A stretch of 64,000 nt of DNA from assembly GCF_054482595.1 (NCBI RefSeq), contig NZ_CM137008.1, one strand, 5' to 3'. Position numbers and translations under genes: made by a program. Below, piece by piece: positions 31,395 to 42,124 of this stretch. Within the stretch, counting starts at the first letter, position 1; each line of letters begins with the position of its first letter. The notes under the pieces are model-generated. The model saw only the letters and a list, made by a program, of their open reading frames with translations, was not told where the DNA came from and searched no databases.

Positions 31395-31910
31395 ATGCTG
31401 AGATTACTTGAAGAAAAAATTGCCACGCCACTGGGTCCACTGTGGGTGATTTGCGATGAGCAATTTCGCCTGCGGGCGGTTGAATGGGAAGAGTACAGCG
31501 AACGCATGGTGCAGCTGCTGGACATCCATTATCGCAAAGAAGGCTATGAGCGCATTTCTGCCACCAACCCAGGTGGTTTAAGCGACAAGCTTCGTGAATA
31601 TTTTGCCGGTAATCTTAGCATTATTGATACGCTTCCCACTGCCACGGGGGGGACGCCATTTCAGCGCGAAGTCTGGAAAACACTGCGCACTATCCCCTGC
31701 GGGCAGGTAATGCATTATGGCCAACTGGCTGAACAATTAGGCCGCCCTGGCGCGGCGCGTGCCGTTGGTGCGGCAAACGGATCGAATCCCATCAGCATCG
31801 TCGTACCTTGCCATCGGGTTATTGGCCGAAACGGCACCATGACCGGATATGCAGGCGGAGTTCAGCGAAAAGAGTGGTTATTGCGCCACGAAGGTTATCT
31901 TTTGCTGTAA
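31395..31910 (+). CDS. ogt: O6-methylguanine-DNA methyltransferase
   Basis: 171 aa; active-site PCHRV motif. Confidence 0.9.
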
Positions 31911-32071
31911 ACATTAAACAATTTGTGCCAGCTTGTTCACACTTTTATGTAAAGTTACCCTTAACAACTTAAGGGTTTTCAAATAGATAGACATATATTT
32001 ACATCTAATATCGGAATTCTCTGCTGTTAAGGTTTGCTTAGACTTACTTGCTCCCTAAAAAGATGTTAAAA

Positions 32072-32085
32072 TTGACAAATATCAA
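32072..32085 (+). promoter_or_regulatory. FNR box in fnr promoter region (autoregulation)
   Basis: ttgacaaatatcaa fits TTGAT-N4-ATCAA, about 20 nt upstream of the fnr start codon. Confidence 0.5.
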
Positions 32086-32104
32086 TTACGGCTTGAGCAG
32101 ACCT

Positions 32105-32857
32105 ATGATCCCGGAAAAGCGAATTATACGGCGCATTCAGTCTGGCGGTTGTGCTATCCATTGCCAGGATTGCAGCATCAGCCAGCTTTGCATCCCGTTC
32201 ACACTCAACGAACATGAGCTTGATCAGCTTGATAATATCATTGAGCGGAAGAAGCCTATTCAGAAAGGCCAGACGCTGTTTAAGGCTGGTGATGAACTTA
32301 AATCGCTTTATGCCATCCGCTCCGGTACGATTAAAAGTTATACCATCACTGAGCAAGGCGACGAGCAAATCACTGGTTTCCATTTAGCAGGCGACCTGGT
32401 GGGATTTGACGCCATCGGCAGCGGCCATCACCCGAGCTTCGCGCAGGCGCTGGAAACCTCGATGGTATGTGAAATCCCGTTCGAAACGCTGGACGATTTG
32501 TCCGGTAAAATGCCGAATCTGCGTCAGCAGATGATGCGTCTGATGAGCGGTGAAATCAAAGGCGATCAGGACATGATCCTGCTGTTGTCGAAGAAAAATG
32601 CCGAGGAACGTCTGGCTGCATTCATCTACAACCTGTCCCGTCGTTTTGCCCAACGCGGCTTCTCCCCTCGTGAATTCCGCCTGACGATGACTCGTGGCGA
32701 TATCGGTAACTATCTGGGCCTGACGGTAGAAACCATCAGCCGTCTGCTGGGTCGCTTCCAGAAAAGCGGCATGCTGGCAGTCAAAGGTAAATACATCACC
32801 ATCGAAAATAACGATGCGCTGGCCCAGCTTGCTGGTCATACGCGTAACGTTGCCTGA
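32105..32857 (+). CDS. fnr: Anaerobic global regulator FNR
   Basis: ORF track 32048..32857; start at [23 protein letters not shown] gives 250 aa; N-terminal Cys cluster and C-terminal HTH. Confidence 0.95.
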
Positions 32858-33008
32858 TTTTTCCGCATAACTCACTATCCTTCTGTCATATCATTAAATT
32901 TTTCTGATTTATTGATCTGGCAGAAGGTTCATCACTGTTTCATTCACCAGATATGGGTTAATCTTTTAATTACAAACTGCGTTGACAGTTGTTGTAAGGA
33001 GACCCTGT

Positions 33009-33959
33009 ATGGCTATGTATCAGAACATGCTCGTTGTTATCGATCCTAACCAGGACGACCAACCAGCATTGCGGCGAGCTGTTTATTTACATCAACGGAT
33101 TGGTGGCAAAATTAAAGCCTTTTTGCCGATCTATGACTTCTCATACGAAATGACCACCCTGCTCTCCCCGGACGAACGTACCGCTATGCGTCAGGGCGTC
33201 ATCAGCCAGCGTACAGCCTGGATCCACGAGCAGGCAAAATATTATCTCAATGCTGGCGTTCCCATTGAAATTAAAGTGGTCTGGCATAACCGTCCCTTCG
33301 AAGCCATCATTCAGGAAGTGATCAGCGGCGGGCACGATTTGGTGCTAAAAATGGCGCACCAACATGACCGTCTGGAAGCGGTGATTTTTACGCCAACGGA
33401 CTGGCATCTGTTACGCAAATGCCCAAGCCCGGTGTGGATGGTGAAAGACCAGCCGTGGCCGGAAGGAGGCAAGGCGCTGGTGGCGGTGAATCTCGCCAGT
33501 GAAGAGCCGTATCATAATGCGCTCAATGAAAAACTGGTCAAAGAGACGATCGAACTGGCAGAACAAGTCAACCATACCGAAGTTCATCTGGTTGGCGCTT
33601 ATCCGGTAACGCCAATTAATATCGCGATTGAACTGCCGGAATTTGATCCGAGCGTTTATAACGATGCCATTCGTGGGCAACATTTGCTGGCAATGAAAGC
33701 TCTGCGGCAGAAATTCGGCATTAATGAAAACATGACGCACGTAGAAAAAGGTCTGCCAGAAGAGGTGATTCCTGATTTGGCGGAGCACTTACAGGCGGGG
33801 ATTGTGGTTCTGGGCACGGTAGGACGCACCGGTATTTCAGCAGCATTCCTCGGCAACACGGCGGAACAGGTGATTGATCATCTTCGCTGCGATCTGTTGG
33901 TCATTAAACCTGACCAGTATCAGACACCCGTTGAACTGGATGACGAAGAAGACGATTAA
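33009..33959 (+). CDS. uspE: Universal stress protein E (tandem Usp domains)
   Basis: ORF track 32982..33959; start at [12 protein letters not shown] gives 316 aa. Confidence 0.9.
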   Translation: MAMYQNMLVVIDPNQDDQPALRRAVYLHQRIGGKIKAFLPIYDFSYEMTTLLSPDERTAMRQGVISQRTAWIHEQAKYYLNAGVPIEIKVVWHNRPFEAIIQEVISGGHDLVLKMAHQHDRLEAVIFTPTDWHLLRKCPSPVWMVKDQPWPEGGKALVAVNLASEEPYHNALNEKLVKETIELAEQVNHTEVHLVGAYPVTPINIAIELPEFDPSVYNDAIRGQHLLAMKALRQKFGINENMTHVEKGLPEEVIPDLAEHLQAGIVVLGTVGRTGISAAFLGNTAEQVIDHLRCDLLVIKPDQYQTPVELDDEEDD

Positions 33960-33978
33960 CGACTCTTCAATAACTGAC

Positions 33979-34008
33979 AAGGCCCGAGTTATCGGGCCTA
34001 TTTTTTAC
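33979..34008 (+). terminator. Intrinsic terminator after uspE, abutting the ynaJ stop
   Basis: ggcccgagttatcgggcc followed by tatttttt. Confidence 0.65.
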
Positions 34009-34266
34009 TTACTGCTCTTCGCCGCCAAGGAAATAAATTCCCAACGGGATTGCCAGCAACACAGTAAAGACCAGGCTATAAACAAAAATCATCGATGACT
34101 GAATCACATACATTGATGTCGTCCACTCAGACAGCGGAATATTGTACTGTTCTATAACGCCGCCGATAGTCGCGCGAGTCACAACCGACGCCGCAATAAT
34201 GAAAACCGCCAACAAACCAAAGAGAAATTTCTTCCCTTTCGCTGACTTCAGTTTCGCCATAATCAT
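34009..34266 (-). CDS. ynaJ: Small inner-membrane protein (DUF2534)
   Basis: 85 aa; two hydrophobic helices; synteny. Confidence 0.8.
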   Translation of the reverse strand: MIMAKLKSAKGKKFLFGLLAVFIIAASVVTRATIGGVIEQYNIPLSEWTTSMYVIQSSMIFVYSLVFTVLLAIPLGIYFLGGEEQ

Positions 34267-34509
34267 GATGTAATCCTTGTGCAGACAAATTTCTTGTTAC
34301 CTAAACGTAACAATACCATGACATTTCACCGTTGTCTGCTCTGAAAACCTCACCTCTTAGCTGGATTTACAATCAACGCATTGATTAGTTAGCTAATATT
34401 GCTACTTACTTCCCTGACTATTGATGATCTGAATGAATTGTCGCGGTAAAATAGCCCCGCCAGGGGTTTCCGGCATGACGACAATTATCTGGAGGAGCCT
34501 GATAAAACA

Positions 34510-35541
34510 ATGATCGCTGAACTGTTTACAAATAATGCGCTTAATCTGGTCATTATTTTCGGTAGCTGCGCAGCATTGATTCTGATGAGCTTTTGGTTTC
34601 GCCGCGGAAATCGTAAAAGAAAAGGTTTTTTATTCCATGCGGTGCAATTTTTAATCTACACCATAATTATCAGTGCTGTTGGTAGCATTATTAATTATGT
34701 TATAGAAAACTATAAACTCAAATTTATCACCCCAGGCGTTATCGATTTTATCTGTACGTCCCTGATTGCGGTTATTCTGACGATTAAGCTATTTTTGCTG
34801 ATTAATCAGTTTGAAAAACAGCAGATTAAAAAAGGTCGCGATATCACCAGTGCGCGGATTATGTCGCGCATTATCAAAATCACCATTATTGTGGTGCTTG
34901 TTCTGCTTTATGGCGAACATTTCGGCATGAGCCTTTCTGGCTTGCTGACCTTTGGTGGTATTGGTGGTCTGGCTGTCGGTATGGCCGGTAAAGATATTCT
35001 GAGTAATTTCTTTTCCGGGATCATGCTCTATTTCGACCGTCCTTTCAGTATTGGCGACTGGATCCGTTCACCGGACAGAAATATCGAAGGTACAGTAGCG
35101 GAAATTGGCTGGCGAATTACCAAAATTACGACCTTTGATAATCGTCCATTGTACGTACCGAACTCGCTGTTTTCGTCGATCAGCGTAGAAAACCCAGGAC
35201 GAATGACCAACCGCCGCATTACCACGACCATTGGTTTACGTTATGAGGATGCGGCAAAAGTGGGCGTTATTGTCGAAGCCGTACGTGAGATGCTGAAAAA
35301 TCACCCGGCCATCGACCAGCGACAAACCTTACTGGTTTATTTCAACCAGTTTGCCGACTCGTCATTGAATATTATGGTTTATTGCTTTACCAAAACCACG
35401 GTATGGGCTGAATGGCTTGCTGCACAGCAAGACGTTTATTTGAAGATTATCGATATTGTGCAGTCACACGGCGCGGACTTTGCCTTCCCCAGCCAGACGC
35501 TGTATATGGATAACATTACACCGCAGGAACAGGGGCGCTAA
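34510..35541 (+). CDS. ynaI: MscS-family mechanosensitive channel
   Basis: 343 aa; multiple N-terminal TM helices and MscS-like C-terminal domain. Confidence 0.9.
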   Translation: MIAELFTNNALNLVIIFGSCAALILMSFWFRRGNRKRKGFLFHAVQFLIYTIIISAVGSIINYVIENYKLKFITPGVIDFICTSLIAVILTIKLFLLINQFEKQQIKKGRDITSARIMSRIIKITIIVVLVLLYGEHFGMSLSGLLTFGGIGGLAVGMAGKDILSNFFSGIMLYFDRPFSIGDWIRSPDRNIEGTVAEIGWRITKITTFDNRPLYVPNSLFSSISVENPGRMTNRRITTTIGLRYEDAAKVGVIVEAVREMLKNHPAIDQRQTLLVYFNQFADSSLNIMVYCFTKTTVWAEWLAAQQDVYLKIIDIVQSHGADFAFPSQTLYMDNITPQEQGR

Positions 35542-35591
35542 ATCAGACATCACTGGCGTTATCCACAAGGGTAACGCCAGTTCCCATCACA

Positions 35592-37205
35592 TCAATGCTT
35601 CACAATATACATAGTCCGGCTGTACGCCACATCTTCCGGGTTATTAATGGGATAACCTTTCAGCCACGGCTTGATTAATCGTCCATTGGTATATTGATAA
35701 ATTGGTGCAATCGGTGCTTGCTCCATGAGGATTTTTTCTGCCGCGTTGTAATCGGCATTACGCGCTTTAACGGTATTTTCCGTCGATGCCTGGGCCAGAA
35801 CTTTGTCGTATGCCGGATTGTTAAAGCGTGAAATATTTCCTGAATGCGTTGACGTTAATAATGTCAGGAAAGTGGAGGGTTCATTATAATCCCCCACCCA
35901 TGAGGCGCGGATAACATCAAAATTGCCGGTGTTACGGCTATCGATATAGGTTTTCCATTCCTGATTTTGCAATTTAACATCTACGCCAAGGTTCTTTTTC
36001 CACATCGATGCTACAGCAATCGCAATTTTTTGATGGTTTTCTGAAGTGTTATACAAAAGCGTCAGCTTCAGCGGTTTTCGCGGACCATAACCAGCTGCGC
36101 TCAACAAAGTTTTTGCCTGCGCATTCAGTTCTTCCTGACTCATTTGTTCAAACGGCGAAGGTTCCGGCGTAAATCCGGCGGTAACATCTGGTGTAAAATG
36201 CCACGCTGGCTTTTCGCCCGTCCCTAATACTTTTTCGGTCATCAGGCGGCGATCTATCGTCATACTTAATGCCAGACGAACGCGCTGATCTGCCGTCGGC
36301 CCTTTTTGCGTGTTAAACGCATAATAATAGGTCCCGAGCTGCGGCGGCGTATAAACCTGCCCCGGAATATCCTTCAACAGCTTCTGATACATATTTTTCG
36401 GGAAGGATTCGGTGATATCAATATCCCCCGCGAGGTAACGCTTAGTGGCTGCGGATTCCTGATTAATTGGCAGGAAGGTCACTTTTTGCAGTACCGTTTT
36501 GGCGTTATCCCAATAATGGGTATTCGGTACCACGACCAGTTTTTCATTGACTACGCGTTCTTTAAGAACATAAGCGCCATTGCCGATCAGATTTCCGGGT
36601 TTCGTCCACTCTTTACCGCTTTCTACGTTGGCTTTTTGCACCGGGAAGAAGGCAAAGTTAGCGGTTAAATTCACAAACCACGGCAACGGTTTATCAAGCT
36701 GAATTTTCAAGGTATGGGCATCAACTGCGGTGACGCCAAGCTGGTCAGGCGTAGCTTTACCATCAATAATCGCCTGTGCGTTGTTGATTCCCGCCAGCGC
36801 GGCAAACCATGCAAATGGCGATAGCGTTTTCGGGTCCACCAGACGTTGCCAGCTGTAGACAAAATCTTGCGCCGTTACCGGTGTGCCATCCGCCCATTTT
36901 GCGTTATCGCGCAGGGTAAAAGTCCAGATACGGTTGTCATTACTTTTCCACTGAGTCGCAACGCCGGGGACAATCTCCCCTTTCTCGTTCTGATTCACCA
37001 GTCCTTCAAACAGATCGCGAATGACCTGAATCTCTGGCAGGCCCACGGCTTTAGCGGGATCCAGCGACGCAGGCTCATCTTTAATGTGGCGCACCAGCTC
37101 CTGCTTCTCTGCCAGTACTGTGCCGCTCGGAACTTCTGCAGCATACGAAAGAGAAATGCTGCTGACCAACAGCGCACAACACGTGACTGAAACAGAGTGC
37201 TTCAT
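35592..37205 (-). CDS. mppA: Periplasmic murein tripeptide-binding protein (OppA paralog)
   Basis: ORF track 35592..37226; start at MKHSVSVTCCALLVSSISLSYA gives 537 aa; SBP family 5. Confidence 0.9.
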   Translation of the reverse strand: MKHSVSVTCCALLVSSISLSYAAEVPSGTVLAEKQELVRHIKDEPASLDPAKAVGLPEIQVIRDLFEGLVNQNEKGEIVPGVATQWKSNDNRIWTFTLRDNAKWADGTPVTAQDFVYSWQRLVDPKTLSPFAWFAALAGINNAQAIIDGKATPDQLGVTAVDAHTLKIQLDKPLPWFVNLTANFAFFPVQKANVESGKEWTKPGNLIGNGAYVLKERVVNEKLVVVPNTHYWDNAKTVLQKVTFLPINQESAATKRYLAGDIDITESFPKNMYQKLLKDIPGQVYTPPQLGTYYYAFNTQKGPTADQRVRLALSMTIDRRLMTEKVLGTGEKPAWHFTPDVTAGFTPEPSPFEQMSQEELNAQAKTLLSAAGYGPRKPLKLTLLYNTSENHQKIAIAVASMWKKNLGVDVKLQNQEWKTYIDSRNTGNFDVIRASWVGDYNEPSTFLTLLTSTHSGNISRFNNPAYDKVLAQASTENTVKARNADYNAAEKILMEQAPIAPIYQYTNGRLIKPWLKGYPINNPEDVAYSRTMYIVKH

Positions 37206-37262
37206 AAGTTTCCCTCTAACCGACATTAAAATTGATGCGTAATTATTTGTTTCGCCTTAAAG

Positions 37263-37298
37263 AAATGCAAACAACTTCCATCAAAAAAGTGACACAGG
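37263..37298. repeat. 36-bp conserved motif, copy A (mppA upstream)
   Basis: aaATGCAAACAACTTCCatCAAAAAAGTGAcACAgGA; second copy at 41271..41307 differs at about 3 positions. Confidence 0.6.
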
Positions 37299-37541
37299 AA
37301 GCATAAAATGTTTTATGTATCAATATATTAAATCAGATTTAGTGTAAATAATCGACGCCAAAATGCGGTAAAGCACATAGAACACCGAACACTACATTCA
37401 GGCTTCGCACGTTCAAACCAGTTTTCGGTATCATAATCAGCATCTGTCGCCATTGTACGAAGAATAAAAAATAACCAAAACGTTGATAGGAACTGAGAAT
37501 ACGTTAAGAGAGAAATTAAATTAATGTATCAGCAAGTAGTG

Positions 37542-38441
37542 CTAAACAGCACCTTTATACTTCAGCCTATCTATAAATAATGAGAATGCCGAGCCAGCAT
37601 GTCGACGGTGTGGATAGTACAGGTGATAACCGGGTAAATCTGGTGTGAATTTATCCAAAACACGTATCAGTTTTTTTTCTTTAATAGCCCGCTCAACCTG
37701 ATCATAAGGTAGATACGCCAATCCATGCCCATCAATTGCAGCATCAATGATCAGGTCTATCGTATTCAGTAAAAGCTGACCTTCCATGCGAACACGAACT
37801 TCACGTCCACCGCGTATTAATCTCCAGCGATTTGCTGTACCCGATGTGGGAAGATACAAATTAATTGCCTGATGATCTATTAATTGTGACACTGACGTTG
37901 GAACACTTCGGCGAGAAAAATAATCCGGTGAGCCAACAATAGCCATTGGTATATCTGGCCCGATTCGAATGGCGATCATATCTTTATCCATCTCCCCACC
38001 CAGACGGACGCCTGCATCAAAACGTTCAGAAACGACATCGGTCAAACCATAATCAATGGTGAGCTGAATATCAATTTCAGGATGCGATTTCAGGAATGTG
38101 CGCATTGCTGGTAACAATATCGTTTTTGCTGCATGTTCTACAGTAGTAATACGTATTGTCCCGGATGGGCGGTTCTGCAGCTCGCTCAGGGATGCCAGGG
38201 CTGAATCTATGTCATGCAACATAGGGCCAAGAACAGACAAAAGATGCTCGCCCGCTTCAGTTGGAACAACGCTGCGCGTGGTTCGCGTCAGAAGCCGCAA
38301 TCCCAATCGTTCTTCTATACGACGCACTATCTGGCTTAAAGCTGACTGCGCCATGCTCAGGCGGGCTGCTGCACGAGTGAAGCTACGCTCCTCTGCAACG
38401 ACGACAAACGCCATCAGATCAGCGATTTCTTCACGCTTCAT
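37542..38441 (-). CDS. pgrR: LysR-family regulator PgrR
   Basis: 299 aa; N-terminal HTH; divergent from ycjY. Confidence 0.85.
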   Translation of the reverse strand: MKREEIADLMAFVVVAEERSFTRAAARLSMAQSALSQIVRRIEERLGLRLLTRTTRSVVPTEAGEHLLSVLGPMLHDIDSALASLSELQNRPSGTIRITTVEHAAKTILLPAMRTFLKSHPEIDIQLTIDYGLTDVVSERFDAGVRLGGEMDKDMIAIRIGPDIPMAIVGSPDYFSRRSVPTSVSQLIDHQAINLYLPTSGTANRWRLIRGGREVRVRMEGQLLLNTIDLIIDAAIDGHGLAYLPYDQVERAIKEKKLIRVLDKFTPDLPGYHLYYPHRRHAGSAFSLFIDRLKYKGAV

Positions 38442-38578
38442 TCAGTATCTCCATGCAATCTATTAATCATTTAAATGATAGGTCTAATCATGATTTTGGG
38501 TCTAATCAACTTAATGATCAATATCTATAGTGATATCACCAACCGTTAAAACGAACCGACAACTCCATGAGGAACGGA

Positions 38579-39499
38579 ATGATGAATAATAAAGTCAGCT
38601 TCACTAACAGCAATAATCCAACCATCTCTTTGTCTGCAGTGATCTATTTCCCTCCAAAATTTGATGAAACCCGTCAGTATCAGGCAATTGTGGTATCTCA
38701 CCCAGGTGGGGGCGTTAAAGAACAAACGGCCGGAACCTATGCCAAAAAACTGGCGGAAAAGGGATTTGTCACTATTGCTTATGACGCATCTTATCAAGGT
38801 GAAAGTGGCGGCGAGCCGCGTCAGTTAGAAAACCCATACATTCGTACTGAAGACATCAGTGCCGTGATTGATTACCTGACAACGCTTTCTTATGTCGACA
38901 ATACCCGAATTGGTGCGATGGGAATTTGTGCCGGTGCAGGATATACAGCCAATGCTGCAATTCAGGATCGCCGCATCAAGGCCATCGGTACCGTTAGTGC
39001 GGTCAATATTGGTTCGATGTTCCGTAATGGTTGGGAAAACAATGTGAAATCTATTGATGCCCTGCCATACGTTGAAGCGGGTTCAAACGCCCGAACCAGC
39101 GATATTAGCAGCGGAGAATATGCCGTTATGCCACTGGCACCAATGAAGGAGTCCGATGCGCCGAACGAAGAACTGCGTCAGGCCTGGGAGTATTACCACA
39201 CCCCTCGCGCGCAGTATCCAACAGCACCGGGTTACGCTACTTTGCGCAGCCTTAACCAGATTATTACCTATGATGCTTACCATATGGCGGAAGTGTACCT
39301 GACTCAGCCGATGCAGATTGTGGCGGGCAGCCAGGCAGGGAGCAAATGGATGAGTGACGACCTGTACGATCGGGCATCAAGCCAGGATAAACGCTATCAC
39401 ATTGTTGAAGGCGCAAACCATATGGATCTTTATGACGGCAAAGCCTATGTGGCTGAAGCAATTTCAGTATTAGCTCCGTTCTTTGAGGAAACTCTGTAA
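38579..39499 (+). CDS. ycjY: Alpha/beta hydrolase with Cys nucleophile motif (dienelactone-hydrolase-like)
   Basis: ORF track 38567..39499; start at MMNNK (GAGG 6 nt upstream) gives 306 aa; GICAG nucleophile-elbow motif. Confidence 0.85.
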   Translation: MMNNKVSFTNSNNPTISLSAVIYFPPKFDETRQYQAIVVSHPGGGVKEQTAGTYAKKLAEKGFVTIAYDASYQGESGGEPRQLENPYIRTEDISAVIDYLTTLSYVDNTRIGAMGICAGAGYTANAAIQDRRIKAIGTVSAVNIGSMFRNGWENNVKSIDALPYVEAGSNARTSDISSGEYAVMPLAPMKESDAPNEELRQAWEYYHTPRAQYPTAPGYATLRSLNQIITYDAYHMAEVYLTQPMQIVAGSQAGSKWMSDDLYDRASSQDKRYHIVEGANHMDLYDGKAYVAEAISVLAPFFEETL

Positions 39500-40431
39500 T
39501 GAAACATATTCAAATCCGCAATAGTGATATGGCCTGGCATATTGCTGCCAATATTCAGTTTCCACCAAATTTTGATGAGTCAAAACAGTATCCGGCGATT
39601 ATCAGCGTCCATCCTTTTGGCAGTTGTAAGGAGCAGACGTCTGGCAATATCTATGGCAAAGCATTGGCTGAAAAAGGCTATCTCGTTCTCGCTTATGACG
39701 CCAGTTTCCAGGGAGAATCTGGTGGGGAGCCTCGCTGGATAGAAGATCCGACACAGCGCGTAGAGGATATTAGCCGTGTTATCGATTATGCAGTAACTCT
39801 GCCATATGTTAATGCTGAACGTATTGGCGTGCTGGGAGTGTGTGGGGGTGGTGGCTATGCCATTAATGCCGCGCTGACAGAAAAACGAATTAAAGCAGTA
39901 GTGAGTATTACGGGTGTTAATATCGGGCGTCTTTTTCGGGAAGGTTTCAGCAATTACGATCCGATTGGCGCATTGAATGCAATGGCGTCGCAACGAACCA
40001 AAGAGGCTCGTGGTGGAGAATTACAGATCAACGAATTACTTCCCGCCAGCCTGGATGCAGCAAAATCCCATGGACTGACCGAACGCGATGTTTATGAAGC
40101 AACTGACTACTATAAAACACCACGCGGGCAACAACCGGGAGGTGCGACAAAAATGTTGTTCTCACATGCACAGAAAACGCTGGCCTGGGATGCCTTCGCA
40201 TTTACTGAAGTGTTACTGACTCAGCCGGTGATGGTAGTAGTTGGTGAAAAAGTCGGTGCCTTCGGTGCTTATCGTGATGGACTGGAAGTCTATGGCCGGG
40301 CGATGGTTTCGCAGGATCGTCAGTTAGTTTCATTACCCGATTTCTCACATTATGAACTGTATGACAAACCGGAAGCAGTTCAGGAGACGCTGGAAAAAGT
40401 TATTCCTTTTTTCAACACCCATCTGGGATAA
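39499..40431 (+). CDS. ymjD: Second alpha/beta hydrolase, paralog of ycjY (full-length counterpart of K-12 remnant ymjD)
   Basis: 310 aa; alignable with YcjY along its length (shared FPP.FDE..QY, LAYDAS.QGESGGEPR, VIDY); GVCGG motif; start overlaps ycjY stop. Confidence 0.7.
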   Translation: MKHIQIRNSDMAWHIAANIQFPPNFDESKQYPAIISVHPFGSCKEQTSGNIYGKALAEKGYLVLAYDASFQGESGGEPRWIEDPTQRVEDISRVIDYAVTLPYVNAERIGVLGVCGGGGYAINAALTEKRIKAVVSITGVNIGRLFREGFSNYDPIGALNAMASQRTKEARGGELQINELLPASLDAAKSHGLTERDVYEATDYYKTPRGQQPGGATKMLFSHAQKTLAWDAFAFTEVLLTQPVMVVVGEKVGAFGAYRDGLEVYGRAMVSQDRQLVSLPDFSHYELYDKPEAVQETLEKVIPFFNTHLG

Positions 40432-40448
40432 GTTTCATGAGAAATATT

Positions 40449-41087
40449 ATGAAAAATGTACTGATTCTTGGTGCTGGCGGTCAGATAGCCCGCCATGTGA
40501 TTAATCAACTGGCAGATAAACAAACCATTAAACAAACTTTATTTGCCCGTCAGCCAGCAAAAATCCACAAACCCTATCCAACTAATAGCAAGATTATTAT
40601 GGGAGATGTACTGAATCATGCAGCACTGAAGCAGGCCATGCAGGGACAGGACGTTGTGTATGCCAACCTTACGGGGGAAGATTTAGATATTCAGGCAAAT
40701 TCAGTGATCGCTGCGATGAAAGCCTGTGATGTTAAACGTCTGATCTTTGTTCTTTCCCTCGGTATTTATGATGAAGTTCCAGGAAAATTTGGCGAATGGA
40801 ATAATGCAGTTATTGGTGAGCCCCTAAAACCATTCCGCAGGGCTGCGGATGCAATTGAGGCTTCTGGACTGGAATATACAATTCTTCGCCCTGCCTGGCT
40901 GACTGATGAAGATATTATTGATTATGAGCTTACCTCACGCAATGAACCATTCAAAGGTACGATCGTATCACGTAAGAGTGTCGCAGCATTAATCACAGAT
41001 ATCATCGATAAACCTGAGAAACACATTGGTGATAATATAGGTATCAATCAACCCGTGACTGATGGTGACAAGCCATTATTCATTTAA
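40449..41087 (+). CDS. ymjC: NAD(P)-binding Rossmann-fold protein (NmrA/atypical SDR-like), intact
   Basis: ORF track 40437..41087; MKNVLILGAGGQIARH N-terminal dinucleotide-binding motif; 212 aa from this start. Confidence 0.7.
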   Translation: MKNVLILGAGGQIARHVINQLADKQTIKQTLFARQPAKIHKPYPTNSKIIMGDVLNHAALKQAMQGQDVVYANLTGEDLDIQANSVIAAMKACDVKRLIFVLSLGIYDEVPGKFGEWNNAVIGEPLKPFRRAADAIEASGLEYTILRPAWLTDEDIIDYELTSRNEPFKGTIVSRKSVAALITDIIDKPEKHIGDNIGINQPVTDGDKPLFI

Positions 41088-41270
41088 ATCAATTACATAG
41101 TTACCATCGTAATGTACTATGTGCAGTACGATTTATTAAACTTATTAAGGTGAACTGATCAATCCGATGCGATTAACATGTGTAGAACCAGTAAGAATAA
41201 AATACGCCATGTATATAACATTACGACTTACATCTAAGTCAGCATAATTCTAATATCTGCACATCAATAA

Positions 41271-41307
41271 AAATGCAAACAACTTCCGGCAAAAAAGTGA
41301 TACAAGA
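41271..41307. repeat. 36-bp conserved motif, copy B (mpaA upstream)
   Basis: aaATGCAAACAACTTCCggCAAAAAAGTGAtACAaGA; about 90-125 nt upstream of the mpaA start. Confidence 0.6.
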
Positions 41308-41395
41308 TCGATGACATAGCGTTGAAGAAAAGGATTTGATAATCCGCAAAATTTGCACAACACTGCCTGTAATACTTCCTGAACCAGAGACGATC

Positions 41396-42124
41396 ATGAC
41401 CGTAAACCGCCCACGCGCCGAACGCGGCGCATTTCCGCCCGGAACAGAACATTACGGACGTTCATTATTGGGCGCGCCGTTAATCTGGTTTCCGGCCACT
41501 GCAGCCAGTCGCGAAAGTGGTTTGATTCTGGCTGGCACTCACGGTGATGAAAACTCTTCGGTCGTCACGCTCTCCTGTGCTCTGCGGACTTTGACACCTT
41601 CTTTGCGCCGCCATCATGTGGTGCTGTGTGTGAATCCTGACGGCTGCCAGCTGGGGTTACGGGCCAATGCTAATGGTGTGGATTTAAACAGAAACTTTCC
41701 GGCGGCGAACTGGAAGGAAGGTGAAACGGTTTATCGCTGGAACAGCGCCGCTGAAGAACGTGATGTCGTATTACTGACAGGTGACAAACCTGGCTCCGAA
41801 CCTGAAACCCAGGCGCTGTGCCAGCTTATACACCGCATTCAACCTGCCTGGGTGGTCTCATTCCACGATCCACTGGCCTGTATTGAAGATCCCAGACACA
41901 GCGAATTAGGCGAATGGCTGGCCCAGGCGTTTGAATTGCCTCTGGTAACCAGCGTCGGTTATGAAACGCCTGGCTCTTTCGGCAGTTGGTGTGCAGATCT
42001 CAACTTGCATTGCATCACCGCAGAGTTTCCGCCCATCTCCTCCGACGAAGCCAGCGAAAAATATCTCTTTGCGATGGCAAACTTGCTGCGCTGGCATCCT
42101 AAAGATGCAATTCGCCCGTCGTGA
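41396..42124 (+). CDS. mpaA: Murein peptide amidase A (M14 gamma-D-Glu-mDAP amidase)
   Basis: ORF track 41336..42124; start at MTVNRPRAERG gives 242 aa; HGDE zinc-ligand motif. Confidence 0.85.
   Translation: MTVNRPRAERGAFPPGTEHYGRSLLGAPLIWFPATAASRESGLILAGTHGDENSSVVTLSCALRTLTPSLRRHHVVLCVNPDGCQLGLRANANGVDLNRNFPAANWKEGETVYRWNSAAEERDVVLLTGDKPGSEPETQALCQLIHRIQPAWVVSFHDPLACIEDPRHSELGEWLAQAFELPLVTSVGYETPGSFGSWCADLNLHCITAEFPPISSDEASEKYLFAMANLLRWHPKDAIRPS

Noticed and set aside
34371-34386. FNR binding site in the ynaJ-ynaI intergenic region
   Set aside because: The palindrome is ATCAA-N4-TTGAT, the reverse arrangement of the FNR consensus TTGAT-N4-ATCAA, so it is reported only as an unassigned palindrome.
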